Source: Chitinophagaceae bacterium (GTDB lineage: Bacteria; Bacteroidota; Bacteroidia; Chitinophagales; Chitinophagaceae). Taken from it: DNA of 46,143 bases. Position numbers and translations under genes: made by a program. The notes under the pieces are model-generated. The model saw only the letters and a list, made by a program, of their open reading frames with translations, had not been told where the DNA came from and did no database searches. Location: the NCBI GenBank assembly GCA_031410355.1, contig JANNYY010000263.1:1-46143 (forward strand), read 5' to 3'. Below, piece after piece: positions 19,394-28,088 of the stretch. Every line of letters begins with the position of its first letter. Positions within the stretch are counted from its first letter, which is position 1.

Positions 19394-19909
19394 ACAGCGA
19401 GTTTTGAAAGTTATCTCCATGAAATACTCATAGAGATTAAAAATCCTGTTTAATAAATAAGCAGGCATTGAATAAGCATAGGCGTTAACGGAATCAGGTG
19501 TACTGGTAAAGGCTAAACACCTTTGGTTCATGGGGTAAGAATCAGCAGTTACAACCAGTCACGATTTCTGAAATGGGAAAATAAATTTATAACAAACAAA
19601 TTGAAAATGCAAGCATGTTATGAAATAATTTTCAACTCCGTTTAAGTGACAGCCTGCAAGCTAGCACAGTCAAGTTTATATTCTGATTCAATAGAGCCAA
19701 AAGCCACGAGACCCGGGAGTGGCAGGATTTATTTGCCATGCCGGGCTGCCAGGTCGCTGTAAGATTTCCCTTAAGGTTTTCGAACCCGACACTGCTTTTA
19801 CAACAATAAAAGTTCGAATATGGTTTCGGGCTTAAAATTTTAACATTTTAAAGCCACTTGAATTAACATGCTGGCATAATTTTTTCAATCTTTGTACAAA
19901 GAAAAACAA

Positions 19910-20299
19910 TTGAAGAAATTTTTACTCCCCGTATTTATATTGAGTTCGTGTTTTGCAAAGGCACAAAACATAGAAACTATTCATGTAAACCTGTACACCG
20001 ACAGTCTTAAAAAAGGTACATTCAACTATATTAGCATTGATGGCAGGTTAGCGAACGGTAAATATCTTCCGCTCGACAGTACGTACCTCATCTTCTGGTC
20101 TTCGGCCGGCAAATTCAACGGTAATAGTTTATGGATTGACAGGGATATTGCTGCAGACAAAATAGAAATAAAAGTAAGTTTAAGAAATAATCCTGCAATA
20201 GTAAAAGAGTTCACCATCTACATAAAACAAAAACCCGATCCGGAGTTAAAAACTATGGATGAGATCATGAATAAATCAAAAAATAAAAAAGGCAACTAA
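19910..20299 (+). CDS. Hypothetical secreted protein
   Basis: Signal-peptide-like (M)KKFLLPVFILSSCFAKAQ from TTG 19910, followed by a hairpin terminator. Confidence 0.7.
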   Translation: MKKFLLPVFILSSCFAKAQNIETIHVNLYTDSLKKGTFNYISIDGRLANGKYLPLDSTYLIFWSSAGKFNGNSLWIDRDIAADKIEIKVSLRNNPAIVKEFTIYIKQKPDPELKTMDEIMNKSKNKKGN

Positions 20300-20301
20300 A
20301 A

Positions 20302-20466
20302 TGGTCTGACGGCCTAGTCTGACCAATGTTAAAGATAATTTTTCAACCACATACAAAATGCCCGGTAAAATCAGAAAAGATTTACAGGGCATTTTTTTCA
20401 TGGTCTGACGTCCCCGTCTGACCATGAGAGAATACACATCGTCAGACGTGGACGTCAGACGATGTG
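20302..20466. repeat. REP-like family 1 (core GTCTGACGTCCNCGTCTGAC), three copies
   Basis: Copies at 20302-20325, 20399-20426 and inverted at 20435-20466, between convergent genes. The same unit recurs at 33383-33438. Confidence 0.8.
20355..20398. terminator. Bidirectional terminator-like hairpin between convergent genes
   Basis: AAAATGCCC-GGTAAAATC...GATTTAC-AGGGCATTTTTTT. Confidence 0.7.
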
Positions 20467-21120
20467 TTATGCAAATTTCTTCGCATCCTCTAAAAACTTA
20501 GCTAATCCAATATCGGTTAAAGGATGTTTTAATAATCCCAAAATAGATTCAAGCGGGCAGGTACAAACATCTGCGCCTGCTTCGGCACAACTGATAATAT
20601 GATTAGGATTACGGATGGATGCAGCCAGTATTTCAGTTTTATATCCCTGTATGTCAAATATCTGGCGCATCTGGTGAATAAGTATCATACCATCCCAACC
20701 ACTGTCATCAATACGGCCAATAAACGGCGACACATAAGTTGCACCAGCTTTTGCGGCAAGAATTGCCTGGCCGGCACTAAACACAAGCGTACAGTTGGTT
20801 CTTATCCCGTTATCAGTAAACCATTTCAATGCCTTGATACCATCTTTTATCATGGGCACCTTCACCACAATATTCGGATGTATAGCTGCCAGTTTTTTAC
20901 CTTCAGCAACAATACCGTCAAAATCGGTAGAAATAACTTCGGCACTTATATCGCCATCTACCAGTTCGCAAATGGTTTTATAATGCGCCATAACTGCTTC
21001 GGTGCCTTTAATACCTTCCTTCGCCATCAAAGATGGATTGGTTGTTACGCCATCTAAAATACCCAGATCATTGGCTTCTTTAATTTGTGCCAGGTTGGCT
21101 GTGTCTATAAAAAATTTCAT
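20467..21120 (-). CDS. tal: Transaldolase / fructose-6-phosphate aldolase family (TalC-type)
   Basis: [17 protein letters not shown], Schiff-base Lys in [27 protein letters not shown]. Confidence 0.93.
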   Translation of the reverse strand: MKFFIDTANLAQIKEANDLGILDGVTTNPSLMAKEGIKGTEAVMAHYKTICELVDGDISAEVISTDFDGIVAEGKKLAAIHPNIVVKVPMIKDGIKALKWFTDNGIRTNCTLVFSAGQAILAAKAGATYVSPFIGRIDDSGWDGMILIHQMRQIFDIQGYKTEILAASIRNPNHIISCAEAGADVCTCPLESILGLLKHPLTDIGLAKFLEDAKKFA

Positions 21121-21211
21121 AACAATGTAATATTTAAGATTTAATATTTAATATTTCGTTTAAGTTGGTAGTTTTTCTTTCTCAGCAAGGTTTTCTGAAT
21201 GGCAAGGTCTG

Positions 21212-21219
21212 CAAAAATA
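21212..21219 (-). promoter_or_regulatory. Bacteroidota sigma-A -7 element for tal
   Basis: Minus strand TATTTTTG fits TAnnTTTG, 92 nt upstream of the tal ATG. Confidence 0.55.
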
Positions 21220-21227
21220 TTAAATAT

Positions 21228-21584
21228 TTATTTCAGGTTCTGTTGTGATGTTTTTCTTGCCGCCGCTAAGATACTTGCCAATTCTGTAGCTTCCTTAATA
21301 ATTGCTGCCAATTTCTCTACAGGCAATAATTTCAATTCCTCAATCGCTTCAAGCCAGAATAATGATTCATCAGCTTCCTCAAAAGCAATACTTAATTTGG
21401 ATACAAAAGCTTTCTTACTTATTGCTTTGCAGGCTGCCCTGTAATTAGCTGCTGCAGAGAAAGCAGATCGCAGCAATTGATCTTCTATAACTCTTGAAAC
21501 TTTTTTTTTGGGAAGGGCTTCAGTAAGATTTACAATTCTGTAGGCTAAAGATTTCAGGCGTCCTTCAAGTTCTTTAGAAGTCAT
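21228..21584 (-). CDS. Four-helix-bundle protein (23S rRNA IVP-like / bAvd-like family)
   Basis: 118 aa with DQLLRSAFSAAANYRAAC.A.S...FVSKLSIAFEEADESLFWLE...EATELASIL. Confidence 0.92.
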   Translation of the reverse strand: MTSKELEGRLKSLAYRIVNLTEALPKKKVSRVIEDQLLRSAFSAAANYRAACKAISKKAFVSKLSIAFEEADESLFWLEAIEELKLLPVEKLAAIIKEATELASILAAARKTSQQNLK

Positions 21585-21675
21585 AAATAGGTAATATTTA
21601 TAATTGAATAGGTAATATTTTGTTTAGTGCCACAACTCTTATACTTAGCAAAGCTTCTCTCATACTCAGAGTCTA

Positions 21676-21683
21676 CAAAAATA
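21676..21683 (-). promoter_or_regulatory. Bacteroidota sigma-A -7 element for the four-helix-bundle gene
   Basis: Minus strand TATTTTTG, 92 nt upstream of ATG 21584, the same spacing as for tal. Confidence 0.5.
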
Positions 21684-21716
21684 TTAAATATTACATCAAC
21701 AATATTAAATAAAAAA

Positions 21717-21812
21717 TGGCAAGTTACTTACATCGCACCGCTCAACCATCTACCCTTGCTACCTTCCGGTCCTGGGGGAGTTCAACAGGAGCTGGCCGTA
21801 TAAGACTTGCCG
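21717..21812 (-). ncRNA. ffs: Small bacterial SRP RNA (4.5S)
   Basis: Minus strand GGCAAGTC...CAGGACCGGAAGGTAGCAAGG...ACTTGCCA. Domain IV with GGAA tetraloop and closing stem GGCAAG/CTTGCC. Confidence 0.93.
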
Positions 21813-21815
21813 GGG

Positions 21816-21823
21816 CAAAGATA
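21816..21823 (-). promoter_or_regulatory. Bacteroidota -7 promoter element of ffs
   Basis: Minus strand TATCTTTG (TAnnTTTG) immediately 5' of the SRP RNA. Confidence 0.75.
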
Positions 21824-21837
21824 AGGAAGTTGAATGA

Positions 21838-21953
21838 AATTAGGAATTAGGAATTGGGAATTAGGAATTGGGAGTTGGAAGTTTGGAATTGGGAACGACT
21901 CACAACTCACGACTCACAACTCACGAATCACGACTCACAACTCACAACTAAAA
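21838..21953. repeat. Paired heptamer tandem arrays: (AATTRGG-like)x8 then (ACTCACR-like)x8
   Basis: Read directly at 21838-21893 and 21898-21953. The last unit contains the DUF5103 stop codon. Confidence 0.92.
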
Positions 21954-23333
21954 ACTTATCCCCGGTTTATCCGTTCTGGAATTTATTTTTCCCACACCAA
22001 TCAACTGATCGGCACGGTCGGTAAATGATTTGTAATACATTAAAATCGTATAACCGTTTTCTGTTTCCCAATAATCTCCCTCCAGGTCCCGCCTCTCGGC
22101 AAAGTTATTTTTATTAACCGCTATGTAAGTATAGTTGTAATAACCCTGTTTTAAAAATGCAGTGCATTCATAAACTCCCTTCTCTGCATTAAAAACCATT
22201 TTGGTTTTATCATTAAATTCATAATTGGTTAATTGCCCGGCTAAGTAAATATCCTTATCGGCATAAGCAACCCCATTAGGTGCAGCTAAGTTAAAGTGTA
22301 CAGTAGCAAAATCGCCCTGCCAGTATGGGTTAATGGTTTCGTAAGTTTCAACTAAATACATACCATTTAAATCCCGGAAATAAACGTATCGCTGGGCGCT
22401 GCGGTCAGCATCCGGAAACAGGTACATATCCGTTGAGGTCTTTTTATAATCTGCTTTTTGCACCCGGTCACTTTGCAGCCTTAAACTGCGCAAGTCAAGC
22501 CAGCGCCACTCTTTACCTGCAGGAAACACTAAATTATTTTCCATATTATACTCCAGCGTATTCCCTCTCACAAATGTTGGTTTAATATCTTTTATCGAAT
22601 TATCCCAGCGGTTGTTTTGCAGAATCACCACTTTTATTTGCTGTGCTGCACTAAAAGTATTTAAGCCATTAATATTTGCAGAGAATTGAATTTTTTGATG
22701 CGTTTTAAAAAGCTGGGGTGTAAAGGGCTGAACAACCTGTCCGCCTATTGAAGCTTTCTGTTCCAATACCAGCATACGCCTGGTAAAAGCCAGTTTAGCA
22801 GTATCGCCATTTAAAAAAACCTTTAAAATATAATTGCCCGACATGGTTAAAGAGGTATTCCTGTCGGGTACCAGGGCCTGGTAATGCGTATATTTTGTGA
22901 GTGCAATTGACGAATACCGGTAGGTAGCGATGCGTTGCTGTGTAAAACCTTTAGTGTATAAAAACGGGCTGATGTCAACCGGTTTCCAGTCGTAATCGCA
23001 AAGCTGAAAACTATAATAATAACTTTTTACATTGGCATCCAGGTCATCAAAATTCAGTTCCAGTTGATCGCCGCTGTTTATTTTATAAACCGGCAGCGAT
23101 TGCTGGTCGCCATAAACATGAAAACGCACTGCTTTAATATTATCATTATAAACCGCATCTGTCATTTGAGAAAAAGCAGTTGCAGTAAATAAAAAATAAA
23201 TTATAAAAAGGAGAAAATGTTTTTTCTTTTTTGTCCGGGCTTTTTGTTCTTTCCTGAACAGCCTTGCGTCGCCTGGAACATCCCGATCTTTTCGGGACTC
23301 TTGTACGGCATTGCAAATTTCAACTTTTACCAT
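21948..23333 (-). CDS. DUF5103 protein (T9SS plug-protein family); start uncertain
   Basis: Signal h-region HFLLFIIYFLFTATAFSQ, then LELNFDDL, CDYDW, SGNYILKV, QNNRW, LKQGYYNY, GDYWETEN.Y. Confidence 0.8.
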   Translation of the reverse strand: MVKVEICNAVQESRKDRDVPGDARLFRKEQKARTKKKKHFLLFIIYFLFTATAFSQMTDAVYNDNIKAVRFHVYGDQQSLPVYKINSGDQLELNFDDLDANVKSYYYSFQLCDYDWKPVDISPFLYTKGFTQQRIATYRYSSIALTKYTHYQALVPDRNTSLTMSGNYILKVFLNGDTAKLAFTRRMLVLEQKASIGGQVVQPFTPQLFKTHQKIQFSANINGLNTFSAAQQIKVVILQNNRWDNSIKDIKPTFVRGNTLEYNMENNLVFPAGKEWRWLDLRSLRLQSDRVQKADYKKTSTDMYLFPDADRSAQRYVYFRDLNGMYLVETYETINPYWQGDFATVHFNLAAPNGVAYADKDIYLAGQLTNYEFNDKTKMVFNAEKGVYECTAFLKQGYYNYTYIAVNKNNFAERRDLEGDYWETENGYTILMYYKSFTDRADQLIGVGKINSRTDKPGISF

Positions 23334-23359
23334 GTTATCTTTAATACGTTTAAATAAAA

Positions 23360-23367
23360 TACATTTG
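23360..23367 (+). promoter_or_regulatory. Putative -7 element for the lolC/E gene
   Basis: TACATTTG (TAnnTTTG) 23 nt before TTG 23391. Confidence 0.5.
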
Positions 23368-23390
23368 TAAGATAACAAAAATTACGCCGT

Positions 23391-24620
23391 TTGAATGTTT
23401 CTGTATTCATAGCAAAACGCATAGCCTTTAACCGGCAAAAGACATTTTCTAAATTTATCATCAGGCTGGCCATTGGTGCCACCGCCATCAGCGTGGCGAT
23501 TATGATCGTTGCCATGAGCTTTGTAAATGGGTTTCAGCAGGTCATCAGCAATAAAGTTTTTAGTTTTTGGGGTCATATACGGGTACAACAGGATGTAGAG
23601 AACAGGGTAAGTATTGCCGAAGAATATCCTATAACACAAAATGATACAATAGAAAAATTTCTCAAAGGATTAACACCTGTAAAATCGGTTGAAAGATTTG
23701 CCACCAAATCAGCCATCATTAAATACGAAGCAGATATTGAAAGCGTTTTACTGAAAGGCGTTGATTCGTCTTTTGATTTTAAAAGACTCCAGCCTTTTCT
23801 TCAGGAGGGCAAATGGGTTTCGTTTAAAGACAGTGGGTACAGTAATGAAATAAATATTTCCATTTATACAGCCCGGCAGTTAAATGCAAAACTTAACGAC
23901 AGCGTTTTTGTTTTCTTTTTCAGGGAAGATGGTTCCAAAACTGCACGCTGGTTAAAAATTGCTGGCATTTATAAAACGGCTATTGATGAATATGATAAAA
24001 ATTTTGCTTTATGCGATATTAACCTGATCAGGCGCTTAAACAACTGGCAACCTGACCAGATTGGCGGTTACGAAATTTTTTTACATGATTATACACGAAC
24101 AGATTCGCTAAACAAATTTATTTATGCTGAGTTGCCGCAAACATGGTACAGCAGGTCTATCAAAGAAATTTATCCAAACATTTTTGACTGGCTGGGCCTG
24201 CAGGGGCAGATAAAAAATATGCTGCTGATCATTATGATGGTTGTGGCAGTTGTAAATCTTATTACCTGCCTCATCATTTTGGTTTTGGAAAGGACAAGAA
24301 TGACCGGCATACTAAAAGCACTGGGCGCATCTGACTGGAATGTGCAGCAGATATTTTTATACAATACCTCTGTTATAGCCATTACAGGTATTGCTGCAGG
24401 TGCCGCATTAGGACTGGGTATTTGCTGGCTGCAGGAAAAAACCGGTTTTATAAAATTAAATGAAGAAGCTTATTATATGAGTGCTGCCCATGCAGATGTA
24501 GTGTGGTGGCAAGTTTTATTGATTTGCCTGGTTACGCTGGCTGTATCTTTTGCAACGCTAATCATTCCTACACTACTGATTAAAAAAATAAAACCCGTTA
24601 AAGCTATACAATTCAGGTGA
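23391..24620 (+). CDS. LolC/E family lipoprotein-releasing ABC permease (FtsX/MacB type)
   Basis: FIAKR.., N-terminal TM, large periplasmic domain, [19 protein letters not shown], three C-terminal TMs, [10 protein letters not shown]. Confidence 0.9.
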   Translation: MNVSVFIAKRIAFNRQKTFSKFIIRLAIGATAISVAIMIVAMSFVNGFQQVISNKVFSFWGHIRVQQDVENRVSIAEEYPITQNDTIEKFLKGLTPVKSVERFATKSAIIKYEADIESVLLKGVDSSFDFKRLQPFLQEGKWVSFKDSGYSNEINISIYTARQLNAKLNDSVFVFFFREDGSKTARWLKIAGIYKTAIDEYDKNFALCDINLIRRLNNWQPDQIGGYEIFLHDYTRTDSLNKFIYAELPQTWYSRSIKEIYPNIFDWLGLQGQIKNMLLIIMMVVAVVNLITCLIILVLERTRMTGILKALGASDWNVQQIFLYNTSVIAITGIAAGAALGLGICWLQEKTGFIKLNEEAYYMSAAHADVVWWQVLLICLVTLAVSFATLIIPTLLIKKIKPVKAIQFR

Positions 24621-24642
24621 GGATTGACTATTTGAATTCACC

Positions 24643-24792
24643 TGCTCCGTAGGAGCAATAACTTGGTAGATAAATAATGAAAATGTTTTTAAGTACCGTA
24701 GGTACGAAACCTAAAAACTCAGTTGCGTACCTGCGGCACACCAAAAACTTTAAAATTAAATTTTCTACCAATCTTTTGTGCCTAACGGCACA
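24643..24792. repeat. REP family 2: about 150-bp nested palindrome of GTAG-type REP units (REPIN/MITE-like)
   Basis: TGCTCCGTAGGAGCA, TTGGTAGA, GTACCGTAGGTACGAAAC, mirrored by GTTGCGTACCTGCGGCAC, TCTACCAA, TGTGCCTAACGGCACA. Confidence 0.8.
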
Positions 24793-24804
24793 TTCTGAAA
24801 CCCC

Positions 24805-25548
24805 CTATTTTAAATGCGAAAGTATTATCCCCGTTGCCACGGCCGCATTTAAAGACTCAGCCTCTCCTATCCGGGAAATTGTAATTTTTTCATTCACCAA
24901 GTTCATTACTTCATCACTCACACCGTGTGCTTCGTTTCCGATAATTATAATTCCTTCATCTAACTTTCCTATTGCATTTATATCCTTCCCTTCCAGCGAA
25001 GCTGAATAAATCTTTATTTTTTTATTTTTTGTAAGCCATTCTGCCAAACAGGTATAAATAACATTAACCCTGCCCAAACTGCCCATCGTACTTTGTACAA
25101 CTTTTGAGTTATACATATCAGCACAGCCAACAGAACAAACAATATCTGTAATGCCAAACCAGTCGGCAATACGTATGATGGTGCCCAGGTTACCAGGATC
25201 TTGTATCGTATCCAAAGCCAGTGTTATTTTGCCGGTGGTTTTAAAACCAAAATCTTGTTTTCTTTTTTCAAAAACAGCCAGCACGCTGTGTGCTGTTGAT
25301 AAAGAAGAAATTTTTTGTAGCTCAAAATCCTTTAGTTCAGTAATTGAAATATCTTTTAACATCGAAACTGATTTTTCATGCTCCTGTATCCAGGCTTCCA
25401 AAGCAAAAATTTCTTTGCAAACAAATTTCCGGCTCACTAACAGATCCATTATTACCTTCGGGCCTTCAGCAATAAATAAACCCAATTCGTCTCTTTGTTT
25501 TTTGTGCAGTAAACTTTGGATATATTTGGTATGTGTTTTGCTTAACAT
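24805..25548 (-). CDS. TrmH/SpoU family RNA 2'-O-methyltransferase
   Basis: FIAEG, DTIQDPGNLGTIIR.ADWFG, IIGNEAHG, AESLNAAVA. Confidence 0.93.
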   Translation of the reverse strand: MLSKTHTKYIQSLLHKKQRDELGLFIAEGPKVIMDLLVSRKFVCKEIFALEAWIQEHEKSVSMLKDISITELKDFELQKISSLSTAHSVLAVFEKRKQDFGFKTTGKITLALDTIQDPGNLGTIIRIADWFGITDIVCSVGCADMYNSKVVQSTMGSLGRVNVIYTCLAEWLTKNKKIKIYSASLEGKDINAIGKLDEGIIIIGNEAHGVSDEVMNLVNEKITISRIGEAESLNAAVATGIILSHLK

Positions 25549-25563
25549 TGTCGCTTTTTATGT

Positions 25564-28056
25564 ATGCCTGGTAACCCATTAATTAAATACCGCCTCTTAA
25601 AACAACTGAAGCTTATTATTTTCATTTGTTTACTTATTTCCTCCTGCACCATTCCCAAAAAATATCAAAAAGGCAAACCTTTTATAACTAAAAATAATAT
25701 CGAAGTTAAGGGAGGAAAATTTACCAAAGAAGAAAGGGCCACACTAAAACAAAGACTGAATGCACAACTCGACGACAGCTCCCGGATAAATGTTATAGAT
25801 AAATATTTCATTCGCCATGTTATTGTAAGCCCCCCGGCTTACGACAGTAATTCGGCTGCAAAAAGCACCCGCAATATGGAAACCTCTATGTTGCACCTGG
25901 GTTATTACAGAGCACAGGCTAACTTTAAAGCAGATACAATAAATTTTGGAAACCAGCAGCGGGTGCATGTTAATTACAGTGTACAGGTAAATAAGCCAAC
26001 CCTAATTGATACTTTGATATACATTTTACGCAAACCTGATCTGCAAAAATTAGCCCTGGAAAACATGGATAAAAGTTTAGTGAAAAAAGGTAACCCCGTA
26101 ACCAAGGCTGCAGTGCTTGGCGAGTTAAACAGGTTGGTTGATATTTACCGTAACAATGGTTATTATAAATTTACTGCAGAAGAATTGGTGATGCGTGGCG
26201 ATACAACCGTTGCTGCATTAACCACCATTACTGATGATATTTTTGAACAGTTAAGATTACTGGCGGAGGCACAGCAGGCAAGAGACTCTCCTACTATTAA
26301 ACTGGCTGTGGTATTGAATGCTCCGAAAGACAGCAGCAAACTGAAGCAATACTACATCAACAATATTTATATTTTACCCGATTATAAAAACGGCGATAAC
26401 CTGTATGACAGTTCTTTAACAACAAGATTTATTACCAGGAAAAGTTGCGACAGTTGTTTAGCAGATACAAATTTTATCATTCGTTATCATAAATATTTAT
26501 TCCGGAGCAGGTTTTTAATAAGACAAATGTATTTGCGAAAAGGGGATCTGTATAACCAGAATGCTTTTTATAAATCACTGAACAGTTATGCCAGGGCCGG
26601 GGTTTGGCAAAGCACCAATATACAGGTTGAAGAAGCCAGGCGAAAAGATAGTTTGCACAAAATTGATCTTGTTGTGCAGTTAATACCGGGCAAACAATAT
26701 GGATACGAAGCATCCATTGAAGCCAGCTACTCCGCATCAAGCAATACCAACAGTGTAACGGCAGCCAATGCCGGCAATCTGCTGGGCTTATCAGGCAGTA
26801 TCTCATTCATTAACCGTAACCTGCACAAGGAAGGTATAAAAATGACAAACTCCCTGCTTGGCGGTGTGGAATTTAATTTCAGGCCCGACAGTAATAATAC
26901 AAAGAACCTCATCAACTCCAACGAAATAAGTTATACCAATAACATCATTTTTCCCCGGTTTATTTTTCCTTTTGTAAACGTTAACAGGGATAAACGTTTT
27001 ATATCTACGGAGTCATTTATTAATACAAAGCTTTCTTATATCAACCGCATAAATTTATTCAATTTACAGTCATTTAATTTTGGAGTTGGTTATAATGGAA
27101 CAACCCGCAAAAATCACCAATGGATATTTAAACCTTTAAATTTTGAATTTGCACGGCTGTATAATGAAACGGACAGTTTTAAAAAAACATTGACTGATAA
27201 TCCATTTTTACGATACTCTTTTAATACAGCATTGATAGCTGGTGCAGTGATCGGTTACCGGTATAATAAAATTAATCAAAGGCATACAAACCGGCAGCAC
27301 AGTTTTAAAATTAATGTTGAAGAGTCGGGGATGATATGGGGAAGGTTTGGCTTTTTTGAAAAATACATGCGCAGGTTTGTTAAGGCCGATGCGGAATATG
27401 TTTTTTCTGCAAGCCGTCCTAAATCAGCTTTTGTTTTCCGCATGTTTGCAGGCGTTGGCATTGCATCAAAAAAAGATACAACCTTACCATTCTTTAAACA
27501 GTATTTTGGTGGCGGTGCCAACAGTATGCGGGGCTGGCCAGTACGTGGCATTGGCAGGGGATCGCAACCAATTACGCCTTATGGCACCAACACTTTTAAC
27601 GACCGTACCGGCGATATACAATTAGAAACCAACCTGGAATACCGGTACACCATAGCCCAGATCATTCCCAATTCTTTGGTACTAAAAGGAGCATTATTTG
27701 TTGATGCAGGTAATGTATGGAATTCAAGGAATTCAAAACCCGGTGGCGGAATAGACAGCACCCAGTTTATGTTTAAAAATTTGTACAAACAGTTGGGTGT
27801 TGCTGCAGGTACGGGTTTCCGGCTCGATTTTAATTATTTTGTACTTCGCTTTGATCTTGGTTTCCGTTTTAAAAAACCCGATATCACAAAAAATGACGGC
27901 TGGCAAATTCCCGATATCAACTTTAATAATTTATTTAAACGGGGAGTGCTGTTACCTGATCCGCTTAACCCCGGAAAAACTTACAATGATAACCGCTATA
28001 AAAAATGGCGCTACGAAAATTATAATTTAACGATTGGGATAAGTTATCCGTTTTAA
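25564..28056 (+). CDS. BamA/TamA (Omp85) family lipoprotein, TamL-like
   Basis: Lipobox LLISSC, POTRA-like LGYY and NNGYY, barrel motifs YFGGGANSMRGW, FVDAGNVW, GFRLDF, C-terminal ISYPF. Confidence 0.88.
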   Translation: MPGNPLIKYRLLKQLKLIIFICLLISSCTIPKKYQKGKPFITKNNIEVKGGKFTKEERATLKQRLNAQLDDSSRINVIDKYFIRHVIVSPPAYDSNSAAKSTRNMETSMLHLGYYRAQANFKADTINFGNQQRVHVNYSVQVNKPTLIDTLIYILRKPDLQKLALENMDKSLVKKGNPVTKAAVLGELNRLVDIYRNNGYYKFTAEELVMRGDTTVAALTTITDDIFEQLRLLAEAQQARDSPTIKLAVVLNAPKDSSKLKQYYINNIYILPDYKNGDNLYDSSLTTRFITRKSCDSCLADTNFIIRYHKYLFRSRFLIRQMYLRKGDLYNQNAFYKSLNSYARAGVWQSTNIQVEEARRKDSLHKIDLVVQLIPGKQYGYEASIEASYSASSNTNSVTAANAGNLLGLSGSISFINRNLHKEGIKMTNSLLGGVEFNFRPDSNNTKNLINSNEISYTNNIIFPRFIFPFVNVNRDKRFISTESFINTKLSYINRINLFNLQSFNFGVGYNGTTRKNHQWIFKPLNFEFARLYNETDSFKKTLTDNPFLRYSFNTALIAGAVIGYRYNKINQRHTNRQHSFKINVEESGMIWGRFGFFEKYMRRFVKADAEYVFSASRPKSAFVFRMFAGVGIASKKDTTLPFFKQYFGGGANSMRGWPVRGIGRGSQPITPYGTNTFNDRTGDIQLETNLEYRYTIAQIIPNSLVLKGALFVDAGNVWNSRNSKPGGGIDSTQFMFKNLYKQLGVAAGTGFRLDFNYFVLRFDLGFRFKKPDITKNDGWQIPDINFNNLFKRGVLLPDPLNPGKTYNDNRYKKWRYENYNLTIGISYPF

Positions 28057-28088
28057 CAGCTATGAGCTGTTAGCCATTAGCTATGAGC
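28054..28088. repeat. Heptamer array (TnnnAGC-like)x5 spanning two convergent stop codons
   Basis: TAACAGC TATGAGC TGTTAGC CATTAGC TATGAGC. Includes the perfect inverted repeat TAACAGC/GCTGTTA. Confidence 0.65.

Larger units (their letters stand above)
21121..21692. repeat. Degenerate 108-bp direct repeats (21121-21228 and 21585-21692) flanking the four-helix-bundle gene
   Basis: Gapless alignment at offset 464. GTCTRCAAAAATATTAAATATT matches 21/22 and TAATATTTYGTTTA matches 13/14. About 71/108 overall by hand count. Confidence 0.75.

Noticed and set aside
19690-19730. Cobalamin riboswitch (AGCCACGAGACC resembles its 3' box)
   Set aside because: The other conserved elements are missing and no B12-related gene follows.
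20302-20466. CRISPR array
   Set aside because: Units are inverted, irregularly spaced and few. No cas genes. Better explained as REP-like elements.
21228-21584. Diversity-generating retroelement or 23S rRNA intervening sequence, suggested by the bAvd/IVP-like protein
   Set aside because: No reverse transcriptase, no TR/VR pair with adenine-specific mismatches and no rRNA in the window.
21834-22028. 64-aa ORF MKLGIRNWELGIGSW...THNSRITTHNSQL
   Set aside because: It is the translation of the heptamer arrays and overlaps DUF5103 antisense.
24677-25009. 110-aa ORF (and similarly 30667..30867, 30722..31036)
   Set aside because: These start in or cross palindromic repeats and overlap well-supported genes. 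No recognisable motifs.
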